Shown: positions 39,247 to 49,956 of the stretch, in pieces
Position numbering within the stretch: position 1 is the first letter of the stretch
How the letters are laid out: each line of letters opens with the position of its first letter
Sequence record: PP408249.1
DNA length: 64,000 nucleotides
Direction: 5' to 3' (one strand)
Program-made: the position numbers and the translations under genes
The notes under the pieces: model-generated
Database searches by the model: none
What the model was told of the DNA's origin: nothing
What the model saw: only the letters and a program-made list of their open reading frames with translations

Positions 39247-39268
39247 ACGCATAACAAGGAGTGTTATT

Positions 39269-40387
39269 GTGGCAAAAACGAAACATATTTTTAAAGTTCC
39301 AGATTATTCTCTTTTAAAATTAGATTCTAAGACATATACCAAGGATTATAGGAATGCAATTTGGTATTTGCATTATGAAGCATCTGCTGCTACTCTTAAA
39401 TCTGCAACACTAAAATGGATTAAAAATAATACATCTTATGATGTAAAAGATTTATCTTCGTTGAGTGATTCTGATTTTTCTATTATCGGAAAATATTGTA
39501 CTATACTAAATGCCGGTGGACAACTTCCTAGTCATGCTAATTTCGTCGAATCACACATAGACAAGATATTTCTATCTATTAAAAAAGAAGAAATTACAGA
39601 AATTGTCGAAGAACCAGAACCTAAAATAGAGGATGATAGTTGCAAAGTTAAAAAAATAAGTATACAGGATAGAATTAAGAGCCAGGCATATAAAGCTTGC
39701 GGAGAAATTGAAGGATTAATAGATCAATTTTATAGTAATCCTAGTGAGTTTGTAGTATCCCAGCAAGAAATAGAATCCTTATTTAAAAAATCAGAAATAA
39801 AATCCCATCATGTAAAATATATTACCGAAATATATAGCACTAATAAAAAAGAATTAGAGGAGCTTTCGGCAGGAAAATCCGAACAGTTAAACGAAGGTTA
39901 TAATTTTTTAACTAAACGGGATATAAACAAAGCCATAAAGCTATTTAATTTAATTATAGAAACTGCGTCTAGTAGTAAAATAATTACTGTTAAAAAACGA
40001 GCTAAAAAACAAAAGCCATTGGATATTTCTAAATTAGTTAAATCATTTAAATATTTAGAAAAAAGCACAGATCTTAACTTAGAAAGTATTAATCCTGTCC
40101 ATATTGTTGGTGCAAAAGAAGTATGGGTGTTTAATACAAAAAGTAGAAAGTTAGGAAAATATATTGCTTTAGACACTACAGGTCTATCAATAAAAGGAAC
40201 TACTATAACTAATTTTTCTGAAAAAAGTATAGAAAAAACTATTCGTAAACCAGAAGAATATTTTAAAAATATTAAGAAAATTTCTAAAAAGGCAAAAGAA
40301 AAATTATTTGTAGATACTAAATCTGTCGAAACTAAACTAAAAGGAAGAACAAACGAGCATTGTATCATTCTTGAGGTTATAAAATAA
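39269..40387 (+). CDS. Hypothetical protein
   Basis: GTG start 39269 with AAGGAG RBS (track start 39227); C-terminal VWVFNTK.RKLG.Y...GL.IKGTTI. Confidence 0.7.
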   Translation: MAKTKHIFKVPDYSLLKLDSKTYTKDYRNAIWYLHYEASAATLKSATLKWIKNNTSYDVKDLSSLSDSDFSIIGKYCTILNAGGQLPSHANFVESHIDKIFLSIKKEEITEIVEEPEPKIEDDSCKVKKISIQDRIKSQAYKACGEIEGLIDQFYSNPSEFVVSQQEIESLFKKSEIKSHHVKYITEIYSTNKKELEELSAGKSEQLNEGYNFLTKRDINKAIKLFNLIIETASSSKIITVKKRAKKQKPLDISKLVKSFKYLEKSTDLNLESINPVHIVGAKEVWVFNTKSRKLGKYIALDTTGLSIKGTTITNFSEKSIEKTIRKPEEYFKNIKKISKKAKEKLFVDTKSVETKLKGRTNEHCIILEVIK

Positions 40388-40420
40388 ATAGTGTTATCTA
40401 CATAGAGGCACTTTATAAAA

Positions 40421-41173
40421 ATGGCTACAAGTACAGCAAGAACAGAAATAAAGAAACAAATAATGCGAAGACTGGGAAATAGTATGACTGATGTAGAACT
40501 AGACCCAGAAGATTTAGATTTAGCAATAGATTTTGCAATAGATAGATACCGCCAGCGTGCCGAAAATGCTTGCATGGAAAGTATGCTGTTTATAACTCTT
40601 CAAAGAGATGAAACTGAATACACTTTACCTACTGAAGTTCAAGAAGTAAGACGACTATATCGTAGATCGGTTGGATCAGGAACATCTGGCGGTACTAACT
40701 TTGATCCGTTTGAATCTGCATTTTCGAATATATTCTTTTTACAAGCAGGACGAACTGGCGGTCTAGCAACATGGCATCTATTTTCTGAATACCAAGAGAC
40801 CTTAGGAAGAATATTTGGATCTGAAATAAACTTTACATGGAACTATGCAGATAGAAAACTTACTATCATGCGAAAATTCCAAGGTGCCGAAACAGTATTG
40901 GTAGTTGTGTGGGTAGCAAAATCTGAAGATGTGCTTTTGACTGATGTATATAGTAGACCGTGGTTAAGAGATTATGCTATTGCCCAGTCTAAATATATGT
41001 TGGGTGAAGCACGTAGTAAATTTACTAATGGCTTACCAGGACCGAACGGTAGTGTTACTTTAAACGGCGATCAGTTAAAACAAGAAGCATTTGCTGAAAT
41101 GGAACGTTTAGAAAACGAAATTATAAATTATACAACCGGAACATCGTTTGGTATGCCATTCATTATTGGATAA
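40421..41173 (+). CDS. gp13: Neck / head-tail adaptor protein
   Basis: LG...DVEL, W.R.YA.A..K..LG.AR.KF...LPG..G..LNG..L..EA..E..LE. Confidence 0.85.
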   Translation: MATSTARTEIKKQIMRRLGNSMTDVELDPEDLDLAIDFAIDRYRQRAENACMESMLFITLQRDETEYTLPTEVQEVRRLYRRSVGSGTSGGTNFDPFESAFSNIFFLQAGRTGGLATWHLFSEYQETLGRIFGSEINFTWNYADRKLTIMRKFQGAETVLVVVWVAKSEDVLLTDVYSRPWLRDYAIAQSKYMLGEARSKFTNGLPGPNGSVTLNGDQLKQEAFAEMERLENEIINYTTGTSFGMPFIIG

Positions 41174-41177
41174 ATGG

Positions 41178-41819
41178 ATGATTATAGGGACGTTAGGATT
41201 TATTGGGTCAGGAAAAAATACTGTAGCAAAATATTTAGTTGAAAATCATAATTTTATACAGGATAGTTTTGCGGCAGCGTTAAAGGATTTACTGTCATCT
41301 ACTTTTAGTTGGGACAGAACGTTATTAGAAGGGACTACACCGGAATCTAGGCGTTGGAGAGAAACTACAGACACATGGTGGGCGACAAAGTTAGGTATAC
41401 CTAATTTTACTCCTAGGTATGCAATGCAATATATAGGAACTGATGTATTACGGATGCATTTTAATGATAATTTATGGATATTAACATTAGAAAAGCGATT
41501 AGAATCATTTATACAAAATAATAAGAATGTAGTAGTATCAGATGTAAGATTTAAAAATGAATATAATATGCTAAAGCAATATGGTACAAAGTTCATATAT
41601 GTAGAAAACGTTATCCCAGAATGGTATAATATTGCATTAGACTTAAATACATCAGATTATACTGATAAAGAAAAACAAAATATTATCGAGAATTCGTCAT
41701 TAAATGGTGTCCATATATCTGAATGGGACTGGGTAGGATTGGGTTACGATGAGAAAATTATTAATAATAGTACACTGGAAGAACTGTTTCTAACTGTAGA
41801 TAGTATTATTAATAAATAA
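41178..41819 (+). CDS. gp1: Deoxynucleoside monophosphate kinase
   Basis: G.IGSGK.T, FA..LK, R..MQ..GTD..R, DVRF.NE, H.SE; start at Met11 of track ORF. Confidence 0.88.
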   Translation: MIIGTLGFIGSGKNTVAKYLVENHNFIQDSFAAALKDLLSSTFSWDRTLLEGTTPESRRWRETTDTWWATKLGIPNFTPRYAMQYIGTDVLRMHFNDNLWILTLEKRLESFIQNNKNVVVSDVRFKNEYNMLKQYGTKFIYVENVIPEWYNIALDLNTSDYTDKEKQNIIENSSLNGVHISEWDWVGLGYDEKIINNSTLEELFLTVDSIINK

Positions 41820-41822
41820 TAT

Positions 41823-41890
41823 AAATAGGGGCATTGCCCCTATTTTATTGAGTGTTATATCTGCAATGATTATTAAGTATGCGATAAATA
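41823..41890 (+). promoter_or_regulatory. Terminator and late promoter for sheath gene
   Basis: GGGGC-ATT-GCCCC hairpin 41823-41846; GATAAATA 41883-41890. Confidence 0.7.
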
Positions 41891-41936
41891 CTGATATCGT
41901 AATACTGTATAATTCATAAAGGGAGATTATAACACA

Positions 41937-44576
41937 ATGGCAACTCTCATTTCTCCGGGTGTAAGTGTAACTATAACAGACGAATCTTTTTATGCATCGT
42001 CTGGTCCGGGAACTGTACCGCTTATAATCATAGCAACTGCTCAAGATAAAACTGATAGTGCCGGTACTGGAATTGCACCGGGAACCACTAGACAAAATGC
42101 AGGTAGACTATGGCTAATTAGTTCTCAAAGAGAACTACTACAAACGTTTGGTGTCCCGACTTTTAAAACAGTCGGCGGAACTGCATTACACGGATATGAA
42201 CTAAATGAATATGGATTGTTAGCAGCACATTCGTATTTAGGAATATCTAATAGAGCATATGTTGTGCGGGCAGATGTAGACACATCTCAGCTAGAACCGT
42301 CTGATACTGAGCCCACTGCTAATCCTGCAGACAACACCTATTGGTTAAACCCTACAAAAGTTGTGTCGGGGTTGTATGAATCTAACGGCACTGACTGGGT
42401 AAAAGCAAATGTATTCTATGCAACTGAATTTGACGCAGCTGGTCGTCCAGCAAATGTTCCGTCTAGTTACAAATATGCAATGTCAGTAGGACAAGCTGCT
42501 CCTAACGTAGAAAATGCAATATATAGACGCAATATATCCGGCGCCTGGGTTTTAATTACTGCTAACGATAATACAGTTGTATATAATAAGGTATATCCTG
42601 TAGTGGGTGCTGTAGGGAATCTATGGGTAAACCTAAGGGAAACTTCATATGCATTGTCTAGATTCGATGCAAATGTAGGAAGTTTTGTATCCGTATCTAC
42701 TCCTTTGTACAAAACGAGCGATGATGCTACTGACGGTTTCGGAACTACACTACGCCAGGGCTCGGTGTTTGTGCAATATAATGCAAAAGGAACATTATCT
42801 AGTGCAGTTAATCCTGCAGTAACTGAACTACAACATAAGGTAAAAATACACAACGGTAACACTTTCACTGCTGTTTCTGTAACCTTAGCAGCAACTGGTC
42901 CTTATAGCGATACATTAGTATTAGGACGCTATAACGGAACATCAGTGACAGTTAACGCATCTGGTTCTAGCGTAGAGGCATTTGCTCAATCGTTAGGACA
43001 AGCTTTAATTTCTAACGGTGTTACTGATATTTCAGTTAATTACAATACTGCCACTAGAATGGTAGCGTTAGTTAATGATAGTGGAAAAGATATAATAGTT
43101 ACATCATCCACTATGTTTAGTGCCGGCATATATTCTAATTGGGTTCCACTAGAATATAGTTCTGATGTAAAACAACCGTCCGGTCAATTAGATAACGGTA
43201 CATTGTGGTACAGCACAGATTATAAAGTTGATATTCTAGTTAATGATGGCGTAGGAGCATGGACTGATTTAGCTGGCAGTTTATTTGTACAAAGTGCTGA
43301 ACCTACTACTAACGTAGCTGACGGCGATGTATGGGTAAGCACTTCGTCTGCAGGCAATTATCCAGTTATATATCGTAGGGTAAATAACCAGTGGAGATTA
43401 GTAGATAATACTGATCAAACAACACCTAACGGTGTAATATTTGCTGATGCAAGACCTGTAAATTCCGGAGCATTAGATGCAGACGCTCCAGACGCACTTG
43501 CATATCCGCAAGGAATCTTGCTATTTAACACTCGCTATTCCACACGTAACGTTAAACAATGGAACAATAATTATACCTTTGAAGGTAACGTTATAGGAGA
43601 TAGATGGGTATCTGTTAGTGGTTTAAGATCGGATGGTTCTTTATACACTGGTGGTGAAGCAGTTAAACAAGTAGTCGTTCGTTCTATTGCTAGCACAATA
43701 CAGGCTAATGAAGATATTCGTTCTGAAAACGTGTTTTATAACCTAATTGCTGCGCCTGGCTATCCTGAATTAATAGACGAGTTAGTAGCATTAAACGTTG
43801 ATAGAAAACAAACTGCATTTGTTATAGGCGATTCGCCATTTACTTTGAGTGCAACTGGTACTAATTTACAAGAATGGTCTTCTAATTCTAAATTAGCAAC
43901 AGAAAACGGTTCAGATGGATTAGTTACTGCTGATCCGTATTTAGGTGTATATTATCCGTCCGGTCTAAGTACAGATCTAAATGGTAATAATGTAGTTGTT
44001 CCTCCTAGTCATATGTTACTTCGTACTATCGCGTATAATGACCAAGTTGCATATCCGTGGTTCGCCCCGGCAGGATATCAACGCGGTATAGTGTCTAACG
44101 CAACTTCGGTAGGTTATATAAACAGCGAAGGTGAATTCGTTGCAGTTTCGTTAAATGAAGGGCAGCGGGATACTCTGTATACTAATAATGTTAACCCAAT
44201 ATCGCAAGTGCCTAATAGAGGTATAGTGGTATGGGGTCAAAAATCTAGAAATCCAGTTACTTCGTCATTGGATAGAGTTAACGTAGCAAGATTGGTAAAC
44301 TATGTTAGATATCAATTAGATTTGTTGCTAAAACCGTTTGTATTCGAGCCAAACGATTCACGTACTCGTCAAGCAGTACAGGTAGCAGTAGAGGCTTTCT
44401 TAAGCGAAATAGTAACATTACGCGGTATCACTGATTTCGTTGTAGACTGTTCTGATTCTAATAATACTTCGGATCGTATAGATAGAAACGAATTGTGGGT
44501 TGACGTTGCAATAGTGCCCACCCGTGCAGTTGAATTTATTTATGTTCCGATTCGTTTGCAAAATACTGGATCTTAA
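41937..44576 (+). CDS. gp18: Tail sheath protein
   Basis: LISPGVSVT.TDES, PWFAPAG..RG, Y.N.VNPI, WGQK, LDRVNV.RL, FEPND..TR, EFIYVP. Confidence 0.96.
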   Translation: MATLISPGVSVTITDESFYASSGPGTVPLIIIATAQDKTDSAGTGIAPGTTRQNAGRLWLISSQRELLQTFGVPTFKTVGGTALHGYELNEYGLLAAHSYLGISNRAYVVRADVDTSQLEPSDTEPTANPADNTYWLNPTKVVSGLYESNGTDWVKANVFYATEFDAAGRPANVPSSYKYAMSVGQAAPNVENAIYRRNISGAWVLITANDNTVVYNKVYPVVGAVGNLWVNLRETSYALSRFDANVGSFVSVSTPLYKTSDDATDGFGTTLRQGSVFVQYNAKGTLSSAVNPAVTELQHKVKIHNGNTFTAVSVTLAATGPYSDTLVLGRYNGTSVTVNASGSSVEAFAQSLGQALISNGVTDISVNYNTATRMVALVNDSGKDIIVTSSTMFSAGIYSNWVPLEYSSDVKQPSGQLDNGTLWYSTDYKVDILVNDGVGAWTDLAGSLFVQSAEPTTNVADGDVWVSTSSAGNYPVIYRRVNNQWRLVDNTDQTTPNGVIFADARPVNSGALDADAPDALAYPQGILLFNTRYSTRNVKQWNNNYTFEGNVIGDRWVSVSGLRSDGSLYTGGEAVKQVVVRSIASTIQANEDIRSENVFYNLIAAPGYPELIDELVALNVDRKQTAFVIGDSPFTLSATGTNLQEWSSNSKLATENGSDGLVTADPYLGVYYPSGLSTDLNGNNVVVPPSHMLLRTIAYNDQVAYPWFAPAGYQRGIVSNATSVGYINSEGEFVAVSLNEGQRDTLYTNNVNPISQVPNRGIVVWGQKSRNPVTSSLDRVNVARLVNYVRYQLDLLLKPFVFEPNDSRTRQAVQVAVEAFLSEIVTLRGITDFVVDCSDSNNTSDRIDRNELWVDVAIVPTRAVEFIYVPIRLQNTGS

Positions 44577-44594
44577 CATAAATTAGTAATGCAA

Positions 44595-44651
44595 AATAAA
44601 AAGGCACTTAGTGCCTTTTTATTTGACTACAAATTATATCTATAGTATACT
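44595..44651 (+). promoter_or_regulatory. Terminator abutting sigma70-type promoter
   Basis: GGCAC-TTA-GTGCC hairpin; TTGACT(44623)-17-TATACT. Confidence 0.7.
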
Positions 44652-44677
44652 ATTGTTTAAAACTAAGGATTGCTTTT

Positions 44678-46294
44678 ATGTCTATTGTATGTAAAATTTG
44701 TAATAAATCATTTCCTAGTATGATTACAAGTACACATCTAAAAACACATAACATCACTACTGCAGAATACAAAGATCTTTATGGAAAATATTCTCTTGTA
44801 TCAGATGAATATAGATCAAAGCGGTCAGAACAGTCATCTGGCATTAATAATCCTAATTATGGAAATAAATGGTCAGACAGCATGAAAGAATCTATGTCTA
44901 ATAAAAAATCCGGAATTATTCCATGGAATAAAGGCATAGAGTTACACGATACTACTATGTACGTGAAATCTGCAGAACAGAGAGAACTAAAGTACAAAGA
45001 AGGGATACTAACTAGGAAATCATATGTTAGAACTGTAGAAATAAATAAAAAAATTTCTGATAGTGTGAAGAAGTATGCTGCAGAAAATAAAGAAGAAGTA
45101 AAACAGAGAAGTGCCAAAGCAAAAGATACATATAGTACAAAGAAAACGTTAGGGTTAGTGCAAATACGAAAAGGATATAAGTTAACCAAATCACATAAAG
45201 AAATAGCTATACAAACATTAAACAATTATAGGGCTTCTAAAATAGCTGAATCTAATAAACAAATAGAAAGTAATATATCTCTTGCAAATCTAACATTATT
45301 AAATGACATAAATGAAAACAGCTTAGTGTTAAGGTGTAATATATGTAATAATGAATGTTCTTTTACAAAACAATATTTTAGAGCTAGTAAATTTAAAATA
45401 GAATTATGTCCTGTATGTTATCCTAGAAATAGTAATAGATCTGAAAAAGAAAAAGAATTAGAATATTTTATAACAAGTTTAGGTATTTCATGTATAAATT
45501 CTGCACGTATAAACAATAAAGAAATAGATATATTTTGTAAAGAATTAAATATTGGATTTGAATTTAACGGATTATACTGGCATAGTGAGGATGTGTTAGA
45601 GTATTCTGGGTACAGTAAAACAAAAGATTACGAAAAGAAAATATTTTTTAGAGATAAAGGAATTAGATTAATTCAAATATTTGAAGATGAGTGGGACTTA
45701 AAGCAAGATATAGTAAAGAGTAGAATAAGAGCTATATTAGGAAAAACAGAACACAAAATATATGCAAGGAAATGTACTGTTAAAGAAATAAATTCTAAAG
45801 TTGCAAATGATTTTGTAGAAAAAACACATTTACAAGGTAAAGGTAGAGCAAATGTAAGATTGGGGTTGTATTATAACAATGAACTAGTTTCTGTGATGAC
45901 ATTTTTAAATAAAGATATTACTAATAAAACATCGAGCTGTCAGATAAATCGTTTTAGTGTAAAACATAATACATCTATCCCCGGCGCCGCGGGAAAATTA
46001 TTTGCTTACTATATAAATAACTATAATCCATCTAGTGTTATTTCGTATGCAGATTCTCGCTGGTCCGACGGTAATTTATATGAACAGCTAGGATTTAAAT
46101 TAGATAAACAGACACTCCCTAATTACTGGTATATAAAAGATAATGATCTTAAAAGATATCATAGATACAATTTTAGAAAAGATAAGTTGCCCGAAACTTT
46201 ACTAACAGAAAAAGAATATATGGATAGTTTGGGATGGAATAGAATATGGGATTCGGGATCTACTAAATGGGTTTGGACAAATAAAGGGGCATAA
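44678..46294 (+). CDS. Putative homing endonuclease + Mom/GNAT-like domain, paralog 2
   Basis: C2H2-like N-terminus, NUMOD3-like NPNYG.KWS...PWNKG, IDIF...GFEFNGLYWH, SYAD.RWSDG.LY..LGF. Confidence 0.7.
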   Translation: MSIVCKICNKSFPSMITSTHLKTHNITTAEYKDLYGKYSLVSDEYRSKRSEQSSGINNPNYGNKWSDSMKESMSNKKSGIIPWNKGIELHDTTMYVKSAEQRELKYKEGILTRKSYVRTVEINKKISDSVKKYAAENKEEVKQRSAKAKDTYSTKKTLGLVQIRKGYKLTKSHKEIAIQTLNNYRASKIAESNKQIESNISLANLTLLNDINENSLVLRCNICNNECSFTKQYFRASKFKIELCPVCYPRNSNRSEKEKELEYFITSLGISCINSARINNKEIDIFCKELNIGFEFNGLYWHSEDVLEYSGYSKTKDYEKKIFFRDKGIRLIQIFEDEWDLKQDIVKSRIRAILGKTEHKIYARKCTVKEINSKVANDFVEKTHLQGKGRANVRLGLYYNNELVSVMTFLNKDITNKTSSCQINRFSVKHNTSIPGAAGKLFAYYINNYNPSSVISYADSRWSDGNLYEQLGFKLDKQTLPNYWYIKDNDLKRYHRYNFRKDKLPETLLTEKEYMDSLGWNRIWDSGSTKWVWTNKGA

Positions 46295-46345
46295 TGCCCC
46301 TTTATTTGTATCCTATAATGAAAAATTGTTAGTTACTGATAAATA
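46279..46345 (+). promoter_or_regulatory. Terminator and late promoter for tube gene
   Basis: GGGGCA-TAA-TGCCCC hairpin; GATAAATA 46338-46345. Confidence 0.7.
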
Positions 46346-46382
46346 TGTTTATCGTAATAACGAGACATTAATAGGAGAATGT

Positions 46383-47003
46383 ATGGCAACATTAGACAAA
46401 TTTGGGGTACCAAGTTCGGCAGGTTCAGAACGCGGTATTTTGCAACCCAAGCTCCAGTACAAGTTTCGCGTGAGTTTTGATGGTTTTGGCGATGGATCTA
46501 ATTCTCGCCAGTTAACCCAGAGCGTAGTTTCTGTCGAAAGACCGAAAATAAACCATGCGTCGACTGCTGTTCATTCGTATAACTCTGTAGCATATGCTAT
46601 GGGGAAACACGAATGGCAAACTATCGAAATTGTATTGCGTGACGATATTCAAAACTCAGTTGTTAATGTAGTTGGTAAACAATTGCAGAAACAAATGAAC
46701 CATTTTGAACAATCTAGCCCAGTAGCTGGTAGAAACTATAAATTTACTATGAGAATAGAATCTCTAGACGGAAACAACAATACTGCACCATTAGAATACT
46801 GGGATGCAGAAGGTTGTTTTTTACTTGATGTAAACTATGGTTCTCGTGCATATGATAGCTCTGAACTTACCTTAATAACCCTTACTGTTCGTGCAGATAA
46901 CTATACTCATCATGCAGGCGGCAACGAAGTTGCACTCGGCGGCGATCCGTTTACTGACGACGATGCCGGATTACGCGGTGCACCTGGTGCTCGTGTAAAC
47001 TAA
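46383..47003 (+). CDS. gp19: Tail tube protein
   Basis: LQPKLQYKFRV, GKHEWQ.I...RDD, E.W...GCF; ATG 46383 with GGAG RBS. Confidence 0.9.
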   Translation: MATLDKFGVPSSAGSERGILQPKLQYKFRVSFDGFGDGSNSRQLTQSVVSVERPKINHASTAVHSYNSVAYAMGKHEWQTIEIVLRDDIQNSVVNVVGKQLQKQMNHFEQSSPVAGRNYKFTMRIESLDGNNNTAPLEYWDAEGCFLLDVNYGSRAYDSSELTLITLTVRADNYTHHAGGNEVALGGDPFTDDDAGLRGAPGARVN

Positions 47004-47062
47004 TAAGAAATCTGCAAGCTATTTTACTTAGCTTGCAGTTATTCTTTTTATTGGATTTATAT

Positions 47063-48541
47063 ATGGCATTTGATGATATATTCGGTACAATAGCCGGCGC
47101 TGCTGGTGATATATTTGGGGCAACAGTGGGAGAAGCAGGAAATATTTTGTCTTCTGTTGCTACCCGGTCTGCTAAGAAATTTTTAGGCGGTTTAATTGGC
47201 GACGGGCATGGCGCATATCTAAGAGATAGTAGACATGCAACATATAATTTTGGTCTTAGGGGTTCGTATATACAACAGAACTATCCTAGGTCTAAGTTTC
47301 AATATCTTGTAAAAATAAACTATAATACTATAGATCCGGTAAAATCGTTTGTTGATACTTATTTAAATAGAGATGAACAAGATATGATAGTTCCTCTAAT
47401 AAAACGTATCGATATGCCATCTATGCAAATAGATACAGAAAAATTAAATCAATATAATAAATGGCGTATTTCTCAAACAAAGATAAAATTCCAGCCTATT
47501 ACAATGGTGTTACACGATGTAGTAGATGGAAAAACATTACGTTTTTGGGAAATGTATTATGAATATTATTTTAATGATGGTGTTTACGCCAAGAAAACAT
47601 CAGATTCTATAAGTAATTTTGATCCCATTAGAAATACATTAAGAAGGGGCGAGTTAAACGTATCTGAGTTTTATAATGATATTATCTCTAAAGAAGGTGT
47701 TTTTAAACGAGATTTTGGATTTAGGTTAGATACTCAAGTGTTTAATACAACTTCGTTTATAGGAAAATATAGTAGATATTTGTTTGACTCTATTGATATA
47801 TATCAGGTTCACGGACAATCATATTCTAGAGCAAGATTAGTAAATCCCAGAATAACAGATTTTAGACATGATGCATTAGCATATGACAATTCTAGCGATT
47901 TAATGGAATTAACATTTACATTTGAATACGAAGATGTAGTGTATGATAACTTTGTTAGGCCATTGGCTGAAACTGAACTTGAATTTTATGATAATGCTAA
48001 TAATTTAGAATTAGATTATCAACCTGCCCGTCCGCCAGTTAGTGTTAGGGTAAGAAACGACAGTACTGAGGGTGGTTTCGGCAGATCTTCGTCTGGATTA
48101 GGTAATGTATTGGGTGATATTACGGGGGATATATTCGGCGGAATTCGGTCTGGTGTATCTACAGTTTTAGATGCAACTGGTGTAAATGGTGTGTTAGATA
48201 ATATAGGAGTAGGCGCAGTATTAGGAAGCGCTGCTAATAGCGTATTAGGAAATATTGAGCGAAATGTAACAGACTATGTTACTACTTTTCCTGAAAATGC
48301 AGCCAGGGCAGTAGGTGAAAGTATATTTACAGGAGAAGTAGAATTCCCGGTAGATCCGAAAGGTTCTATGAGAAAAATATTAGATCAAGCAAAATCAGAA
48401 ACTACTGGAACTATACGAAGAACATTTGAAACTGGTGTAAATACTGCTATAACTGGTGTTTTAAATGGCGCAGGAAAAATTATAGATAATCCCAGGGGAT
48501 CTAGAAATACAAACGTATCTAACAGGAGTGTTGGATTATAA
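47063..48541 (+). CDS. Tube-fold baseplate protein (gp48/gp54-like)
   Basis: KF.Y.V, IDMPS....E.LNQYNK, PI...LHD, L.NP.IT.F.HD.L.Y, F.YE.V. Confidence 0.65.
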   Translation: MAFDDIFGTIAGAAGDIFGATVGEAGNILSSVATRSAKKFLGGLIGDGHGAYLRDSRHATYNFGLRGSYIQQNYPRSKFQYLVKINYNTIDPVKSFVDTYLNRDEQDMIVPLIKRIDMPSMQIDTEKLNQYNKWRISQTKIKFQPITMVLHDVVDGKTLRFWEMYYEYYFNDGVYAKKTSDSISNFDPIRNTLRRGELNVSEFYNDIISKEGVFKRDFGFRLDTQVFNTTSFIGKYSRYLFDSIDIYQVHGQSYSRARLVNPRITDFRHDALAYDNSSDLMELTFTFEYEDVVYDNFVRPLAETELEFYDNANNLELDYQPARPPVSVRVRNDSTEGGFGRSSSGLGNVLGDITGDIFGGIRSGVSTVLDATGVNGVLDNIGVGAVLGSAANSVLGNIERNVTDYVTTFPENAARAVGESIFTGEVEFPVDPKGSMRKILDQAKSETTGTIRRTFETGVNTAITGVLNGAGKIIDNPRGSRNTNVSNRSVGL

Positions 48542-48996
48542 TGGCACTTGATAGATTTAGTATAGACATGTTGAAGCGTAGAGGAGCTTCTAAGAAAGTA
48601 ATACAAACGGGTTCGTCTTTAGTTAACACATTTGAAAATGGATCTGGCTTTGATAATGCTTTGGATGCTACTAGTCTTATTCTAGACAATTACGGAAATT
48701 CTTCAGTCGGCGCCGTTAATTCGAATATGTTTTTTGCTCTACGATCATTCTTTGTAAGTAAACATACTTCTTTACCTAACGCAGAAACCCTAGCATTGAT
48801 GATGTTAGATGCAGCCAAGTTACTAAATAAACCACCGATGACATTAGCAGAAGAAGTGGCAAGTACGGGACAATTAATGTTAGGAAATGACACATATACT
48901 GTATTAAATTTTTTAAGACCTGCCGGCGAAAAGCAAAATCTATTAATAATAAACGATAATTCTGGGAAATTCAGAGGAAGGAATGTAAAGTTATAA
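48541..48996 (+). CDS. Hypothetical protein
   Basis: Coupled ORF in late operon. Confidence 0.6.
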   Translation: MALDRFSIDMLKRRGASKKVIQTGSSLVNTFENGSGFDNALDATSLILDNYGNSSVGAVNSNMFFALRSFFVSKHTSLPNAETLALMMLDAAKLLNKPPMTLAEEVASTGQLMLGNDTYTVLNFLRPAGEKQNLLIINDNSGKFRGRNVKL

Positions 48997-49424
48997 TGGG
49001 TAGTTACAAGCAAGGAACATATATTCCGAAGAATCCTGGAAAATATATAGGAAAAAAATTACCATATTATAGATCTGCATGGGAATATAAATTTATGCAG
49101 ACAGTTGACGAAAATATGGCTGTAATTGAATGGGCCAGCGAACCCATTTCTATTCCTTATTTTAATCCAGTTACAAACAAACAATCGTTATATGTGCCAG
49201 ATTTTTTAATGGTATACGTTGATAGTAAGGGCAACAAACACACCGAAATAGTCGAAATAAAACCGAGAAAAGAAACATTTTTAGAACATGCTAAAACTAA
49301 ACAAGATAAATATCGGTTAGCAATGAATGCAGCAAAATGGCAAGCGGCCGCCAAGTTTTGCTCTGCACGGGGTATAAGATTTAGAGTAATTAACGAAGAC
49401 CATATTTATAGGAATCCTAAATAA
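48996..49424 (+). CDS. gp4: Head completion protein (TnsA-like nuclease fold)
   Basis: YRS.WE..FM, SEP..IPY, YVPDF, EIKP, N.AKW.AA..FC. Confidence 0.88.
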   Translation: MGSYKQGTYIPKNPGKYIGKKLPYYRSAWEYKFMQTVDENMAVIEWASEPISIPYFNPVTNKQSLYVPDFLMVYVDSKGNKHTEIVEIKPRKETFLEHAKTKQDKYRLAMNAAKWQAAAKFCSARGIRFRVINEDHIYRNPK

Positions 49425-49425
49425 C

Positions 49426-49932
49426 ATGACTAAAAGATTAGAAGAGGTATTTGATTTTGCTTCGTTTGACGAAGAAGCGCCAGCAGAAATTATAGAAACT
49501 GCTAACGAAGAGGATGTTTCTGGCCAAATAGTAGACATAAATTCTCAATCGGATAAAATTGATGCAGCATTAGTTGGTGTAACTCAATTAGATAGTCATG
49601 ACAGAGATATGGATGAAATTGCAAAAACTGCAATGGATGCATACCGCGATTTGTGGGATATAAGTCAAAACATACATGATGCCCAGGTAGGTAAAGTGTT
49701 AGAAGTGGCACATAATATGCTTAAAACTGCCCAAGACGCCAAGGAAGCAAAAAATTATAGAAAATTAAAAATGGTAGAGTTACAAATTAAAAAAGCAAGA
49801 TTGGATTGGGAAATGACTCATAAAAAAACGTCCACTGATGCCCCTGCCGGATCTAATGGTGTATATTTTGATAGAAATGAGCTAATCGGTCTTCTTTTAA
49901 ATAAGGATAACGATAACTCTGCAGATAAATAA
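49426..49932 (+). CDS. Putative terminase small subunit
   Basis: Helical, DRNEL..L C-terminus, near large terminase; positional inference. Confidence 0.45.
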   Translation: MTKRLEEVFDFASFDEEAPAEIIETANEEDVSGQIVDINSQSDKIDAALVGVTQLDSHDRDMDEIAKTAMDAYRDLWDISQNIHDAQVGKVLEVAHNMLKTAQDAKEAKNYRKLKMVELQIKKARLDWEMTHKKTSTDAPAGSNGVYFDRNELIGLLLNKDNDNSADK

Positions 49933-49956
49933 AATAAATTATAAAGGAAGATATAA

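Noticed and set aside
41178-41819. dNMP kinase inside the neck-sheath cluster as a novelty
   Set aside because: T4 gene 1 likewise lies among tail and head genes; not unusual
46326-46382. Longer N-terminus of the tube protein as given by the ORF track
   Set aside because: The region contains the late promoter and RBS; true start is 46383
48996-49424. TnsA-like transposase of a mobile element
   Set aside because: Motifs and position fit the T4 gp4 head-completion family; no transposon ends or partner genes
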